Origin: Dehalococcoidia bacterium
Lineage (GTDB): Bacteria > Chloroflexota > Dehalococcoidia > Lucifugimonadales > UBA2985
Length of the DNA: 64,000 bases
Direction: 5' to 3'
Assembly (NCBI GenBank): GCA_965221925.1
Contig: OZ244924.1
Location: forward strand, 169,609-233,608
The notes beneath the pieces were generated by a model. The model had not been told where the DNA came from, did not search any database, and was given only the letters and a program-made list of their open reading frames with translations. The stretch's first letter is position 1. Each line of letters begins with the position of its first letter. This document shows, piece by piece, positions 47,082 to 57,373 of the stretch. The position numbers and the translations under genes were made by a program.

Positions 47082-47894
47082 ATGAAAAGGCTGCGCCTAA
47101 CGAAGTTGCAAGTAGCCATAATTGCTGTAGGGCCACTTTCTCTCGCTATTGTGTTAGCCTTTTCAAGCAATGGGTCAACTGATCAATTCAGCGCGGGGCC
47201 GCTAGGGAGCGAGGGCGTAGTAGAGGAATCGATCCTCAGTGTTGATGACACGATCCTTCAGGATGTACAACTGGGCAAGACACTCTATATAGTTTACGAG
47301 ATATATCAACGACATGGGGCAAAGGCGGATATGATTCAAGCGAATACTAGCGCTTTGCCTGAGCGTCGGCGAGTCCAGACAGCGATGACTTTTGATGCCC
47401 AGGGCTTGCTAGCTCAAGAACGAGCCTTGGCCATTGATGAGAACGATAGCGTAGTTCAGGAACGATTTATTCAAGACGGGAACCATATGGTGAAAAATGA
47501 AAGGACGGGCGAAATTACGCGCCTCAGTTCCGTAGATGGCCGCGCCTTCACGGTTAATAAGGTATCGCAACTCAATGGGGCAGCCCTTGTGAATAGCATG
47601 CAGTCGGATGGAAGCGGGTGGAGAACAATTGGTTCTGGCTCCATACAAGGTGTCGATACCACAGTGCTGGAGCGAAGAGTTCCCTGGGTAGACCCCTATG
47701 CCGGACGCCCTGACAATAGCGGGTTCAGAATTCCTTGGACTTCTGATCTGTCACCGACCTACTGGATATATGAGTTCGAGGTTTCATTGGGCAATCCATT
47801 CATTCACGATGAACGCACATATGTTGTGGATGCAGATGACGTCAGAACTCTGGTGGCGCAACGGAGAATTATTGGGATGGCGATTCAGGACTGA
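47082..47894 (+). CDS. hypothetical exported/membrane-anchored protein
   Basis: The ATG at 47082 follows AAGAGGAG. The N-terminus has a signal/TM helix (MKRLRLTKLQVAIIAVGPLSLAIVLAF). The sequence is A/T-richer than its neighbours, and no motif is recognised. Confidence 0.5.
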   Translation: MKRLRLTKLQVAIIAVGPLSLAIVLAFSSNGSTDQFSAGPLGSEGVVEESILSVDDTILQDVQLGKTLYIVYEIYQRHGAKADMIQANTSALPERRRVQTAMTFDAQGLLAQERALAIDENDSVVQERFIQDGNHMVKNERTGEITRLSSVDGRAFTVNKVSQLNGAALVNSMQSDGSGWRTIGSGSIQGVDTTVLERRVPWVDPYAGRPDNSGFRIPWTSDLSPTYWIYEFEVSLGNPFIHDERTYVVDADDVRTLVAQRRIIGMAIQD

Positions 47895-48163
47895 AATTAG
47901 CCAGTGTTGACATTAGGAGGCATTATGAATCGCTGGAGAAGCAACTGGATATTCATCGTAAGGTGTAATATGCCAGGCTTGATTGCCTGTAGGAGTAGGC
48001 CATATGCCAGCTCTTGCTAATGTCGACCTGTAGTAGAAACCTGGCGGCAACGCGAAAGACATCCTTTCGGACACTCTAGTTGCGGTCACGCCTACTCTGC
48101 GCAAGTCACCTGGTGGAGTTAACCTCATTGGAACCCCTGCCGCCAACTGTCAGTTAATCGAGA

Positions 48164-49186
48164 TCAGTAGCCTCTCTCCGGGTCGTAGACGTTGAGCAGG
48201 TCCCGGCCGTCCAGATACCTTCTCAGGTTCTCCAGGAATAGCTCCGTGCCGCGTTCCTCGTATAGGTGGGAGTTGGCGGCGACGTGGGCCGTCAGCAGTA
48301 TGTTCGGCTCATCCCACAGAGGGCTGTCCTGCGGCAGTGGTTCTTGCGCAAAGACATCGAGGGCCGCTCCTGCAAGATGGCCCGCCCTTACGACTTCTAC
48401 CAAGGCCTGCTCGTCCACGATGCCGCCTCTGCCCACGTTGATGAGACATGCCCCCTGCTTCATCTGCCGGAGCTCAGCGAGTCCCAAGAGGCCCGTTGTC
48501 TCCCGTGTCCCTGGCAGGCATATAATAAGGAAGTCGCTCTCTCGCAGCATCAGTGGCAGGTCTCGCGGCGGAAGAAGCAGGTCTGTGGGGCCCTGGCCTT
48601 CCTGGGGCTGAGTCACGGAGCGGCGCATCCCCAGGACGCGCATATCCAGCGCTTTGCATAGCCGCGCCACTCTGTGGCCGATGTTGCCCATCCCCAGGAT
48701 ACCGGCGGTGCGCCCGGCCAGCTCCTCACCTATGAACTTCCAGTACTCCCTCCGTCCCTGGGCGCGGACGGCCTGTGGGAATCTCCTGGATAGCGCGATC
48801 ATGGCGCCAACGACCCACTCGGACAGGGGGATGGCCTGGACGCCTTTGGCTGTCGTAATCAGGATGTCGCTCCGCTCCGGCCCATCTCCTATAGCCACGT
48901 CCGCGCCTGCGCTCAGGAGTTGGATCCATCGGAGATGGGAGGCCAGGCGCTGCGCTTCCGGGGGCAGCCGAGATGTGAAGACTACGTGGGCGCGGGGAAG
49001 CAGTGGGAGGAGCTGCTCCGGGAAGAGGAACGGAGGCCATACCGGCGGCCGCGGAAGGCTCAGGTACGGGTCGTTGAGCAGGTGGACGCGGGGGTCCAGA
49101 GCGCCGATGCGCTCCATCAAAGGCGGTGGCAAAGCCCAGCCTACCAGTACGTTGACACTCTCCATGACACCCCTGCCCTGTGGCAT
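48164..49186 (-). CDS. D-isomer-specific 2-hydroxyacid dehydrogenase, NAD-binding
   Basis: GILGMGNIGHRVARL, LINVGRGGIVDE and TAHVAANS are present. The start may be the internal MESVNVLV at 49165. Confidence 0.85.
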   Translation of the reverse strand: MPQGRGVMESVNVLVGWALPPPLMERIGALDPRVHLLNDPYLSLPRPPVWPPFLFPEQLLPLLPRAHVVFTSRLPPEAQRLASHLRWIQLLSAGADVAIGDGPERSDILITTAKGVQAIPLSEWVVGAMIALSRRFPQAVRAQGRREYWKFIGEELAGRTAGILGMGNIGHRVARLCKALDMRVLGMRRSVTQPQEGQGPTDLLLPPRDLPLMLRESDFLIICLPGTRETTGLLGLAELRQMKQGACLINVGRGGIVDEQALVEVVRAGHLAGAALDVFAQEPLPQDSPLWDEPNILLTAHVAANSHLYEERGTELFLENLRRYLDGRDLLNVYDPERGY

Positions 49187-49327
49187 TGCCGTGGTGGTCG
49201 CCTGAAAAGGATATACCGGGCCTCGCCTCGGTCAGAAACCACCTGTGTGGCTGTGACCCGTCTCCGCGAGACCCGGTATATCGCGCAAGCTGCGTAATCC
49301 GTTGCCCAGGGTATGCGCGCCGGCGCG

Positions 49328-51994
49328 CTAGACCACGCCTCCCTCGGCCAGGACGGCCAACTCCGCCCTCGACAGCCCCAACTCACCGCACAAGACCTCC
49401 TCGTTGTGCTCCCCTATCAGGGGCGCTCGCCGCGAGATCCTCCAGGGCGAGCCGTTGAAGATACCCGCAGGCCCGGGATGGCGGAACGTCCTGCCAACCT
49501 CCGGCTGCTCAACCTCCGCCCAGAACCCGCGGTCCTCCAGGTGGGGGTCCTCCAACACCTCGTCCGGCGAGCGCACGGCGCCCAGGTTGAATCCGCGCTT
49601 CTGCCCGCCGTGGTAGATCTGGTCGCGGGTCGCGCTCGCAAGCAGCATCATAAACAGCTCGTTGTCGGTGATGACCTCGGGGTTCCGCTCCTTCTCGTCG
49701 ATGAGGTCGACAGGCAGTCCCAGCTCCTCATACCACCCGCGTAGCACTTTCAGCTGCTCTCCGGTCAACCTGGTTACTATTTGAGCGCCCACGTTGACGT
49801 ACTTGCCGTCTCCGCACACGTGCTGCGACTTTTGGTTGGGCGTAGCGGCGGCGTGGCGGCCGGTCTGCCGCTGGACTATCTGCTTGGTATAGATCCAGGT
49901 GTTGACGTGCATCTCGGTGGTAAGGGCAAGCGACTCGTGCACAGAGGTGTCTATGTACTGCCCGCGACCGGTGGTCGACCGGTGCATCAGCGCCGCCCCG
50001 ATGGCGATGCAAGCGAAGTGGCTGCCCGTGTGCCACGCCTGCCCGCCTCCCGGCGCAATGGGCGGAGCGCCCGGCAAGTCCTCTTCCGTATAGCCGCAGC
50101 ACGCCATCTGTCCACCGGCGGCCAGGTGCAGCAGATCGCTGGTCCTGTAGTCTTTCCACGGCCCCGTCTGCCCAAACGGCGTCAGCGAGCACATGACCAA
50201 CCCCGGGTTCCCCTCCTTCAACTCCTCATACCCCAGCCCCAGCGACGCCATGTAACCGGGTCGGAAGGTCTCCAGTATCACGTCCGCTCCCTCCGCCAAC
50301 TGCCGGAACAGCCTCCGACCGTCCTCTGTCTCCAGGTCCAGCGTGATGCCCCGCTTGGATGTGTTGTAGTGCCAGAAGTACAGGCTTCTCTCCCGGTTTG
50401 GTACGTCCTGGTAGAACGGCCCTATAGTCCGCGACGACTCACCGCCGGGCGGCTCTATCTTGATGACGTCCGCTCCGAGGTCCCCCATCAGCTTGCCGCA
50501 CCACTGCCCCTTCTCGTCCGACAGCTCCAGAACCCGCAGCCCGCCAAACGGCCCGGCGCTGTCGGCGTCCGGCGTCCTGATTGGCGCCGGCGGCGGATTC
50601 GGCCCCACGGGGTTCCCCTTCCACTCCACGGGCGACGCATCCTCTATCATCTCCTGTAGATACGGATACGGCGTCCTGTCAAACCCCTTGGGCCAGAAGG
50701 TGCCGTCCTCAAATCCGTCCACCAGCTCCTGGTGGCTGATTCCCAGCAGCCCCTCGAACACCTCCTTGATGTGCTGTCCCACCAGCGGCCCAGTAAGGTG
50801 GTTGTAGGCGGGCGTCTCCGACATCTTGAACGGGGCGTTCTGCAACGGCCACGTCCCCAGTACGGGATGCTCCATCTCCTTGAACATCTCCCGTTGCTGC
50901 AACTGCGGGTCGTTCTCAAACCGGTCCTGGTTGCTCTGCACAGGCATACAAGGCACTCCCGCCGCCTGGCACCGCTCCATGACCTCGTACTTGTCCAGCG
51001 TCTTTGTCCACGCCTCTATACCCGCGTCCAACTCCTCCTGGTTCTTCAACCGGCCCCCAAGCGTGGCGAACCTCTCGTCCGCCGTCCAGTCCGGCGACCC
51101 CATGACCCCGACCAGCCTCCTCCACTCCTCGTCCGTGAAGCAGACTATCGCGCACCAGTCGTTGTAACCCTCCGGGCTGGTCCTGTAGGCGTTGTGCGGC
51201 GCCACCGTCCACTCACGATAGCTGTTCGCCAGTGGCGTACCGGGCCAGTGCGCCCGGTTCCCCGGGGGGTACCCCTCTCTTACGGTGGATCGGTCGTTGG
51301 CCTGGATGTCCAGGAAGGCGGCGCCGTTGAGTGGTACGCCGGTTATCCACTGCGACTGGTCTACGTGCTGCCCCTGGCCCGTGGCGTTGCGATGGTACAG
51401 AGCGCTCAGGGCGTATATGGCGCCGAAGTAGCCTCCCGTATCGTCCATGTAGGACCAGCCCCAGCCCGCGGGCTGCTCACCCGGGAGCCCGGACGTGTAG
51501 GTCAGCCCGGACAGCGCCTGGGCTATCGGCCCCATCGTTTGATAGTCCTTGTCCCTGCCCGTGTGGCCGAAGCCTGACATGGACAGGTAGATGATGTCCG
51601 GGCGCAGCTTCTTCATATCCTCGTAGCCGAGACCCCACCGGTCCAGCACCCCGGAGGCGAAGTTCTCGATTACGATGTCCGAAACCGCCACCAGCCTCTT
51701 GATTAGATCGAAGCCACGCTCGGTTCTGGTGTTGAGGGTGACGCTCAGCTTGTTGGCGTTGGTGTCACTGAAGTGGCCGGATGTGTTCAGGGTAGGCTCA
51801 AAGCCGGGCACGGGCTGCCCCCCTATGCCCCTGGTGTTGGGGCTCTGGGGCCACTCAACCTTGATGACCTCGGCTCCCAGCGCTCCCAGCCATCGGTTGC
51901 ACCACGGCCCTGCCCGCACCCACGTGAAGTCCAGCACCCGGACCCCCTCCAACGCCCTCGAAGTAGTCGCTACTCTCGTCTCGGTCTGCACCAT
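49328..51994 (-). CDS. tandem-duplicated family III CoA-transferase (CaiB/BaiF/Frc type)
   Basis: Two complete domains are present. Domain 1 has LEGVRVLDFTWVRAGPWCNRWLGALGAEVIKVE ... LSMSGFGHTG. Domain 2 has FGGLRVLELSDEKGQWCGKLMGDLGADVIKIEPPGGE ... CSLTPFGQTGPW. Confidence 0.9.
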   Translation of the reverse strand: MVQTETRVATTSRALEGVRVLDFTWVRAGPWCNRWLGALGAEVIKVEWPQSPNTRGIGGQPVPGFEPTLNTSGHFSDTNANKLSVTLNTRTERGFDLIKRLVAVSDIVIENFASGVLDRWGLGYEDMKKLRPDIIYLSMSGFGHTGRDKDYQTMGPIAQALSGLTYTSGLPGEQPAGWGWSYMDDTGGYFGAIYALSALYHRNATGQGQHVDQSQWITGVPLNGAAFLDIQANDRSTVREGYPPGNRAHWPGTPLANSYREWTVAPHNAYRTSPEGYNDWCAIVCFTDEEWRRLVGVMGSPDWTADERFATLGGRLKNQEELDAGIEAWTKTLDKYEVMERCQAAGVPCMPVQSNQDRFENDPQLQQREMFKEMEHPVLGTWPLQNAPFKMSETPAYNHLTGPLVGQHIKEVFEGLLGISHQELVDGFEDGTFWPKGFDRTPYPYLQEMIEDASPVEWKGNPVGPNPPPAPIRTPDADSAGPFGGLRVLELSDEKGQWCGKLMGDLGADVIKIEPPGGESSRTIGPFYQDVPNRERSLYFWHYNTSKRGITLDLETEDGRRLFRQLAEGADVILETFRPGYMASLGLGYEELKEGNPGLVMCSLTPFGQTGPWKDYRTSDLLHLAAGGQMACCGYTEEDLPGAPPIAPGGGQAWHTGSHFACIAIGAALMHRSTTGRGQYIDTSVHESLALTTEMHVNTWIYTKQIVQRQTGRHAAATPNQKSQHVCGDGKYVNVGAQIVTRLTGEQLKVLRGWYEELGLPVDLIDEKERNPEVITDNELFMMLLASATRDQIYHGGQKRGFNLGAVRSPDEVLEDPHLEDRGFWAEVEQPEVGRTFRHPGPAGIFNGSPWRISRRAPLIGEHNEEVLCGELGLSRAELAVLAEGGVV

Positions 51995-52173
51995 GCTCTC
52001 ACCTCCTGTTTCAAGGTCTTATGGCAAGATTTCCGCTGAAACCATGTATCTGCTATTCAAACGCTCGCCGACCGCTCTCAAACAAGCGCCAAGCGGTCAG
52101 CGATATTCTAGCCCAAGCGAAAGACTCAGTCGACCAAGGTAGTTCTCTGAACGCCCCCATTCTATGCGATGTT

Positions 52174-52743
52174 TCACTCGCTTGCCTGGCTGAACTGCGC
52201 CAGCTCCACTATCCTGGCCTCCGGGCCATCCGGGAGCAGCTCCAGGATGGCGACCTGGCCAAGCCGCCGGACCTGCCGCGGCAGGGAGGGACTCCCGGGA
52301 TTCACCAGCAGCACCCCTTGATGCTTCTCCACCACAGCGTGATGGGTATGGCCGAAGACCACGATGTTTATCGTGGCGCCAAACACGCCGTTCACCGCCC
52401 TGGGCAGGCTATCCTCTGCGGCGAAGTGCACGGGAACCGTCCCGGGCATTACCTCGCCGCCCATGCCCGGTATTATCAGATCGTGCACCATAGCTATGGT
52501 ATACCCCTCCAACTCAAACACACGCTTTTCGGCAACCCTGGGGTCTCCGTTGAAGTGGGCCTGGGACCCCAGTTCCACCGCCATAACCGGCGCTATCCGC
52601 TCCAGCCAGTCCAAGCACGAGGCGATGTAGATGTCTCCCGCGTGGAGTATGAGGTCCACTCCTTCAAAGGCCTGCTCTATCTCCGAAGGCGGTTCCTTGG
52701 CGGCCCCAGGGGTATGAGTATCCGAAATCACGCCTATTCTCAT
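52174..52743 (-). CDS. YfcE-like metallophosphoesterase
   Basis: The motifs MRIGVISDTH, HAGDI and VVFGHTHH are present. Confidence 0.85.
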   Translation of the reverse strand: MRIGVISDTHTPGAAKEPPSEIEQAFEGVDLILHAGDIYIASCLDWLERIAPVMAVELGSQAHFNGDPRVAEKRVFELEGYTIAMVHDLIIPGMGGEVMPGTVPVHFAAEDSLPRAVNGVFGATINIVVFGHTHHAVVEKHQGVLLVNPGSPSLPRQVRRLGQVAILELLPDGPEARIVELAQFSQASE

Positions 52744-52951
52744 GCTTTAACCATCACCTCAGTTCAATCAAGTTAGACGGAGCCGTCACGCCAGCCTCGT
52801 CCGCGGGAAATAGCCGACTTAGGGAATTGTAACTGCGCCGTCTAGTGTAGTCAATCGGCGTAACCGGATCCTCATGCATCAAGTTGACAGGCGCTCACCT
52901 TATAAAATAGTGTAGCTGCCACCCGACATTATCCTTGGCGCAAGGTACGGA

Positions 52952-53737
52952 TTGACCATGCTAAAGCGTTTGGCGGCGGTTTACATGCTCTTGCCGGCTG
53001 TGGCGGTGGCAGGGTATTTCCTGGCTACCCAGTTTTACGCCCCGATGTTGGAAGACGCCGGCCTCAAGGTCTGGAAGATACTGGATCCTCTTATGGTGGC
53101 CGGACTGGCGATGGTACTGGTGGCTGCCTTCGCCAGGAAGATCAGCCAGAACGGCTCTGCAATCGGCCAATCTATCGACTGAGAGTATCGGGAGGCGAAC
53201 TTCACCTTCTACTACTCGGCGGCGCTCATGCTCATGCTTCTCTGGAACTGGTTCGGTGTCCAGTGGGTGGAACCCAGCAACGACGTGGGGCTGGTATGGA
53301 CGTTGATCGACTCTACGCTACCCCTCCTGCTGGCTTCGTCCGCCATCCGGCCGCTACGCGACGAGTAGGCCAGAGCTGCCCCCGGTTCCGCTCACGCCGC
53401 CAGCCCCGACCCGCCGCCCGACACCGCCCCTGCCAACGGGGATGAAACGGAAACCGATGACAGCGGGCAGGAGGAAGAGGAGCCAGCGGTTGTCGCTAGT
53501 TCCTACGAGGCTACAGCGTACTTCGTCCAGGGCCGGGTCTGGATAAAGTGGGACGACGTTGACGGGGCGAAGCGCTATACGGTGCAGAAGAACGGTCGGT
53601 TGCTTCCTGGGTGGTTCATCGCAACGGCTTTCTTCGACGGCGACGTGGAGGAGAACACCCGGTACGAATACCGGATCACCGACTACGACAGCGAGGACAA
53701 CGTGCTGGCGGTGATGACGGCGACGACTACGGAGTAG
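52952..53737 (+). pseudogene. 4-TM membrane protein + acidic/Pro linker + Fn3-like domain in one frame, interrupted by in-frame TGA (53180) and TAG (53366); only the first 76 codons are an intact ORF
   Basis: Positions 52952, 53183 and 53369 are in the same frame. Segment 2 (EYREANFTFYYSAALMLMLLWNWFGVQWV...LVWTLIDSTLPLLLASSAI) adds two more TM helices. Segment 3 (…VWIKWDDVDGAKRYTVQKNG…TRYEYRITDYD…) looks Fn3-like and has no ATG/GTG/TTG start of its own. Confidence 0.35.
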
Positions 53738-54281
53738 GCGGGAGGCCGGCGCGTCCAAGCGGCTCCCGGAACGGCGCCCCGGAGGCTGGACGCCCGTTGG
53801 AGTTAAGAGTGCAGGATGCGCGACATCCGACGGTGCAACGCCTGTACGCCCGGAGAATGATACAGGGCAAAGGCTCTGGCAAGCCCCCAGGCCGCCAGAG
53901 ACGCGTCGGGTGGCCTGGGTTGGCGGAAATGGCGAGTTGTTGAGAGGGTCGCGGTGGAGAGCATCTCTCCCTGTCGAGGGGTTTCTGCGCTGCGGCAGTC
54001 TAACCAGGGTTATTCCAGGAAGCCCGCCTCGCTTTGCCAGGGATTACAGCGTCACCTCCCACCGAAAAGTTCGCAGTACGGTACACTCTGGCCCACCAGG
54101 CTGGACAAAATCAAGAACCTTCGTTTTGAGGTTCAAGCTGGCGGTGTAGGCGCAGGGCTGTCGGATGCGCCTCAGTCGCCCGTCCAACCTCTCTGGCAGA
54201 GCCTTTACTACACCCAGCCAACTCCGCCGGGGTCTGGGTGTCATGTATGTTTTCTCAATGCAGACAATGCGTAAGTCCGTG

Positions 54282-54310
54282 TTGACTTTGTGGAATGCCA
54301 CGGGTAGAAT
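54282..54310 (+). promoter_or_regulatory. candidate promoter of the Type I R-M operon (leaderless-type geometry)
   Basis: TTGACT, a 17-nt spacer, then TAGAAT. The -10 ends 6 nt before the ATG at 54317. Confidence 0.4.
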
Positions 54311-54316
54311 AGAGCC

Positions 54317-54922
54317 ATGGCTCTCATTGAGGCGCTAGCAGACGTATACCAGGGCCTTGCCCGGGCTGGGCGGGGGGCTGGAGCACGGGCCGGGGACTGG
54401 AAGTTGCGGATTGTAGAGAGCGGCGACTTGCACGACGACGGGTGGCTGGACATAGACGGCCTCCGAGAGATTGGCGTTGCCCAAGGTCTCCGCACCGAGC
54501 GGCACCTGCTGCGCCCCTTCGACGTGCTGGTGACGGCGCGCTCCGGGTCCGTCCAGGTCGCGCTTGTGCCGCCCGGCGTGTCTAGGTCGGTTGCAGGCAT
54601 AACGCTGCTGGTAACGCGGCCCAAGGAGCCGGAATCCGGCATGGGTCATTGGCTATGGTACTTCCTGACCTCGGCCTCTGGCCGAGAGCAACTAGCCAGG
54701 CGCGTGACCGTCACCGCCACTCTCAGGTCTCTGTCCGCCAAAAGCCTTGGAGAGATCGAGGTCCCTGTGCCTTCTGCTCGTGAGCTCGACGTGGTGGCGC
54801 GTTTGGTGGAGGCGTCAGAGGCGGCGTATGCGTCGGCAATCGAAGCCGCCCGGCTACGCCGTGAGACCCTGCATGACTCTGTGGCGCACGAAATCGGTCG
54901 AAGCGTCGTAACGGCAACCTAA
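54317..54922 (+). CDS. half-size HsdS-like specificity protein (single target-recognition domain + one conserved helix)
   Basis: LRPFDVLVTARSGSVQVALVP...AGITLLVTRPKEP...HWLWYFLTSASGREQLARRVTVTATLRSLSAKSLGEIEVPVP... follows the layout of one HsdS TRD. It lies 12 nt upstream of hsdM, with an AAAGGAG RBS between them. Confidence 0.6.
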   Translation: MALIEALADVYQGLARAGRGAGARAGDWKLRIVESGDLHDDGWLDIDGLREIGVAQGLRTERHLLRPFDVLVTARSGSVQVALVPPGVSRSVAGITLLVTRPKEPESGMGHWLWYFLTSASGREQLARRVTVTATLRSLSAKSLGEIEVPVPSARELDVVARLVEASEAAYASAIEAARLRRETLHDSVAHEIGRSVVTAT

Positions 54923-54934
54923 AGGAGAAAGCAG

Positions 54935-56453
<1,519 letters not shown>

Positions 56454-56467
<14 letters not shown>

Positions 56468-56654
56468 AGACGCCATCCAGCTGGTGGAGCGGGACGGCTG
56501 GCGGCTGACAAGGACACGCGGGAGCCATCGCCAATACCACCATTTTGAGAAACGAGGAACCGTTACCATCCCAGGCCATCTTGGCAGCGACTTGCCGCGC
56601 GGCCTATGGCTCAATATCTTGAGACAGGCAGGACTTAGGGAGGGAAAACTATGA
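56454..56654 (+). CDS. hicA: type II toxin HicA (mRNA interferase)
   Basis: The 66-aa product reads ...LVERDGWRLTRTRGSHRQYHH..KRGTVTIPGH...DLPRGLWLNILRQAGL, the HicA pattern. It overlaps the hsdM end by 14 nt. Confidence 0.85.
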
Positions 56655-56998
56655 AGCTAACGTATGCCGTCGTCTTTGAGCGAACCCCCAACAACTACGG
56701 GGCCTATGCGCCTGACGTGCCGGGCTGCGTGAGCGTCGGGGCAACCTGGGAAGAGATGCAAGCAAATATACGTGAAGCCCTCGCCTTTCACATTGAGGGA
56801 ATGGTGGAGAACGGTGAAACGCTCCCTGATCCGCGGATGTCAGTCAGGGATGCTATGGCCTACCATAGCAAATCCTTTGATGAATCTGTCCTTGAAGGCC
56901 TTGCCGAATTCGATGAATCTACGGCTGACCTACCGACAACCGTTCAGATGGTCGAAATTGAGGTCGCCCTGTCACAAGTGGCAACAAGTGGCTTGTAA
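56651..56998 (+). CDS. hicB: type II antitoxin HicB
   Basis: YAVVFERTPNNYGAYAPDVPGCVSVGATWEEMQANIREALAFHIEGMVENGETLPDP is the HicB N-terminal fold signature. There is a 4-nt overlap with hicA. Confidence 0.85.
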   Translation: MKLTYAVVFERTPNNYGAYAPDVPGCVSVGATWEEMQANIREALAFHIEGMVENGETLPDPRMSVRDAMAYHSKSFDESVLEGLAEFDESTADLPTTVQMVEIEVALSQVATSGL

Positions 56999-57001
56999 GA
57001 T

Positions 57002-57373
57002 GTGTTATCAGTGGGCAGGTTGATGAGAGGCAAGACACAGATCTCGGAGGCCATGACCATCGAGGTAACTGACGACACCTTGACCGCCGAACTTTCCGAC
57101 GGTCGTACCGTGTCGGTCCCGTTGTCCTGGTATCCCAGGCTCATTCACGCCACACCGGAGGAGCGCAAGAACTGGCGGCTGATCGGCGCTGGCGAGGGTG
57201 TCCACTGGCCCGACCTGGATGAAGACATCAGCGTGGAGATGCTGCTGGGCGGCTGGCCCTCGGGAGAAAGCCAGAGCTCCTTTAAACGCTGGCTGGAAGC
57301 AAAGCGGGCAGGGCTTCCCGTGACCATTCACGAGATAGACCCCGCCGCGAGAGAAGAGACTGAAGAGGGCTGA
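57002..57373 (+). CDS. DUF2442 domain-containing protein
   Basis: ...LTAELSDGRTVSVPLSWYPRLIHATPEERKNWRLIGAGEGVHWPDLDEDISVEMLL is the DUF2442 pattern. The start is uncertain (GTG 57002, ATG 57023 or ATG 57053). The stop overlaps the hsdS ATG (TGATG). Confidence 0.75.
   Translation: MLSVGRLMRGKTQISEAMTIEVTDDTLTAELSDGRTVSVPLSWYPRLIHATPEERKNWRLIGAGEGVHWPDLDEDISVEMLLGGWPSGESQSSFKRWLEAKRAGLPVTIHEIDPAAREETEEG

Noticed and set aside
47925-48026. 33-codon Cys/Arg-rich ORF (MNRWRSNWIFIVRCNMPGLIACRSRPYASSC) with a strong AGGAGG RBS
   Set aside because: It is too short and lacks conservation evidence. It could be a chance ORF in an A/T-rich spacer, and it is mentioned only for ribosome-profiling follow-up.
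53180-53182. Selenocysteine at the in-frame TGA
   Set aside because: I could not fold a SECIS-like hairpin immediately downstream. The position is a loop of a small membrane protein with no redox motif. A second in-frame stop is TAG, which Sec cannot explain.
54044-54301. 85-aa minus-strand ORF, and an alternative frame reading ...TQTPAELAGCSKGSAREVGRATEAHPTALRL, which vaguely resembles an XRE-type HTH
   Set aside because: The HTH-like frame has no start codon, with a TGA immediately upstream. The similarity is weak, and the region overlaps the predicted R-M operon promoter. At most it is a decayed regulator remnant.
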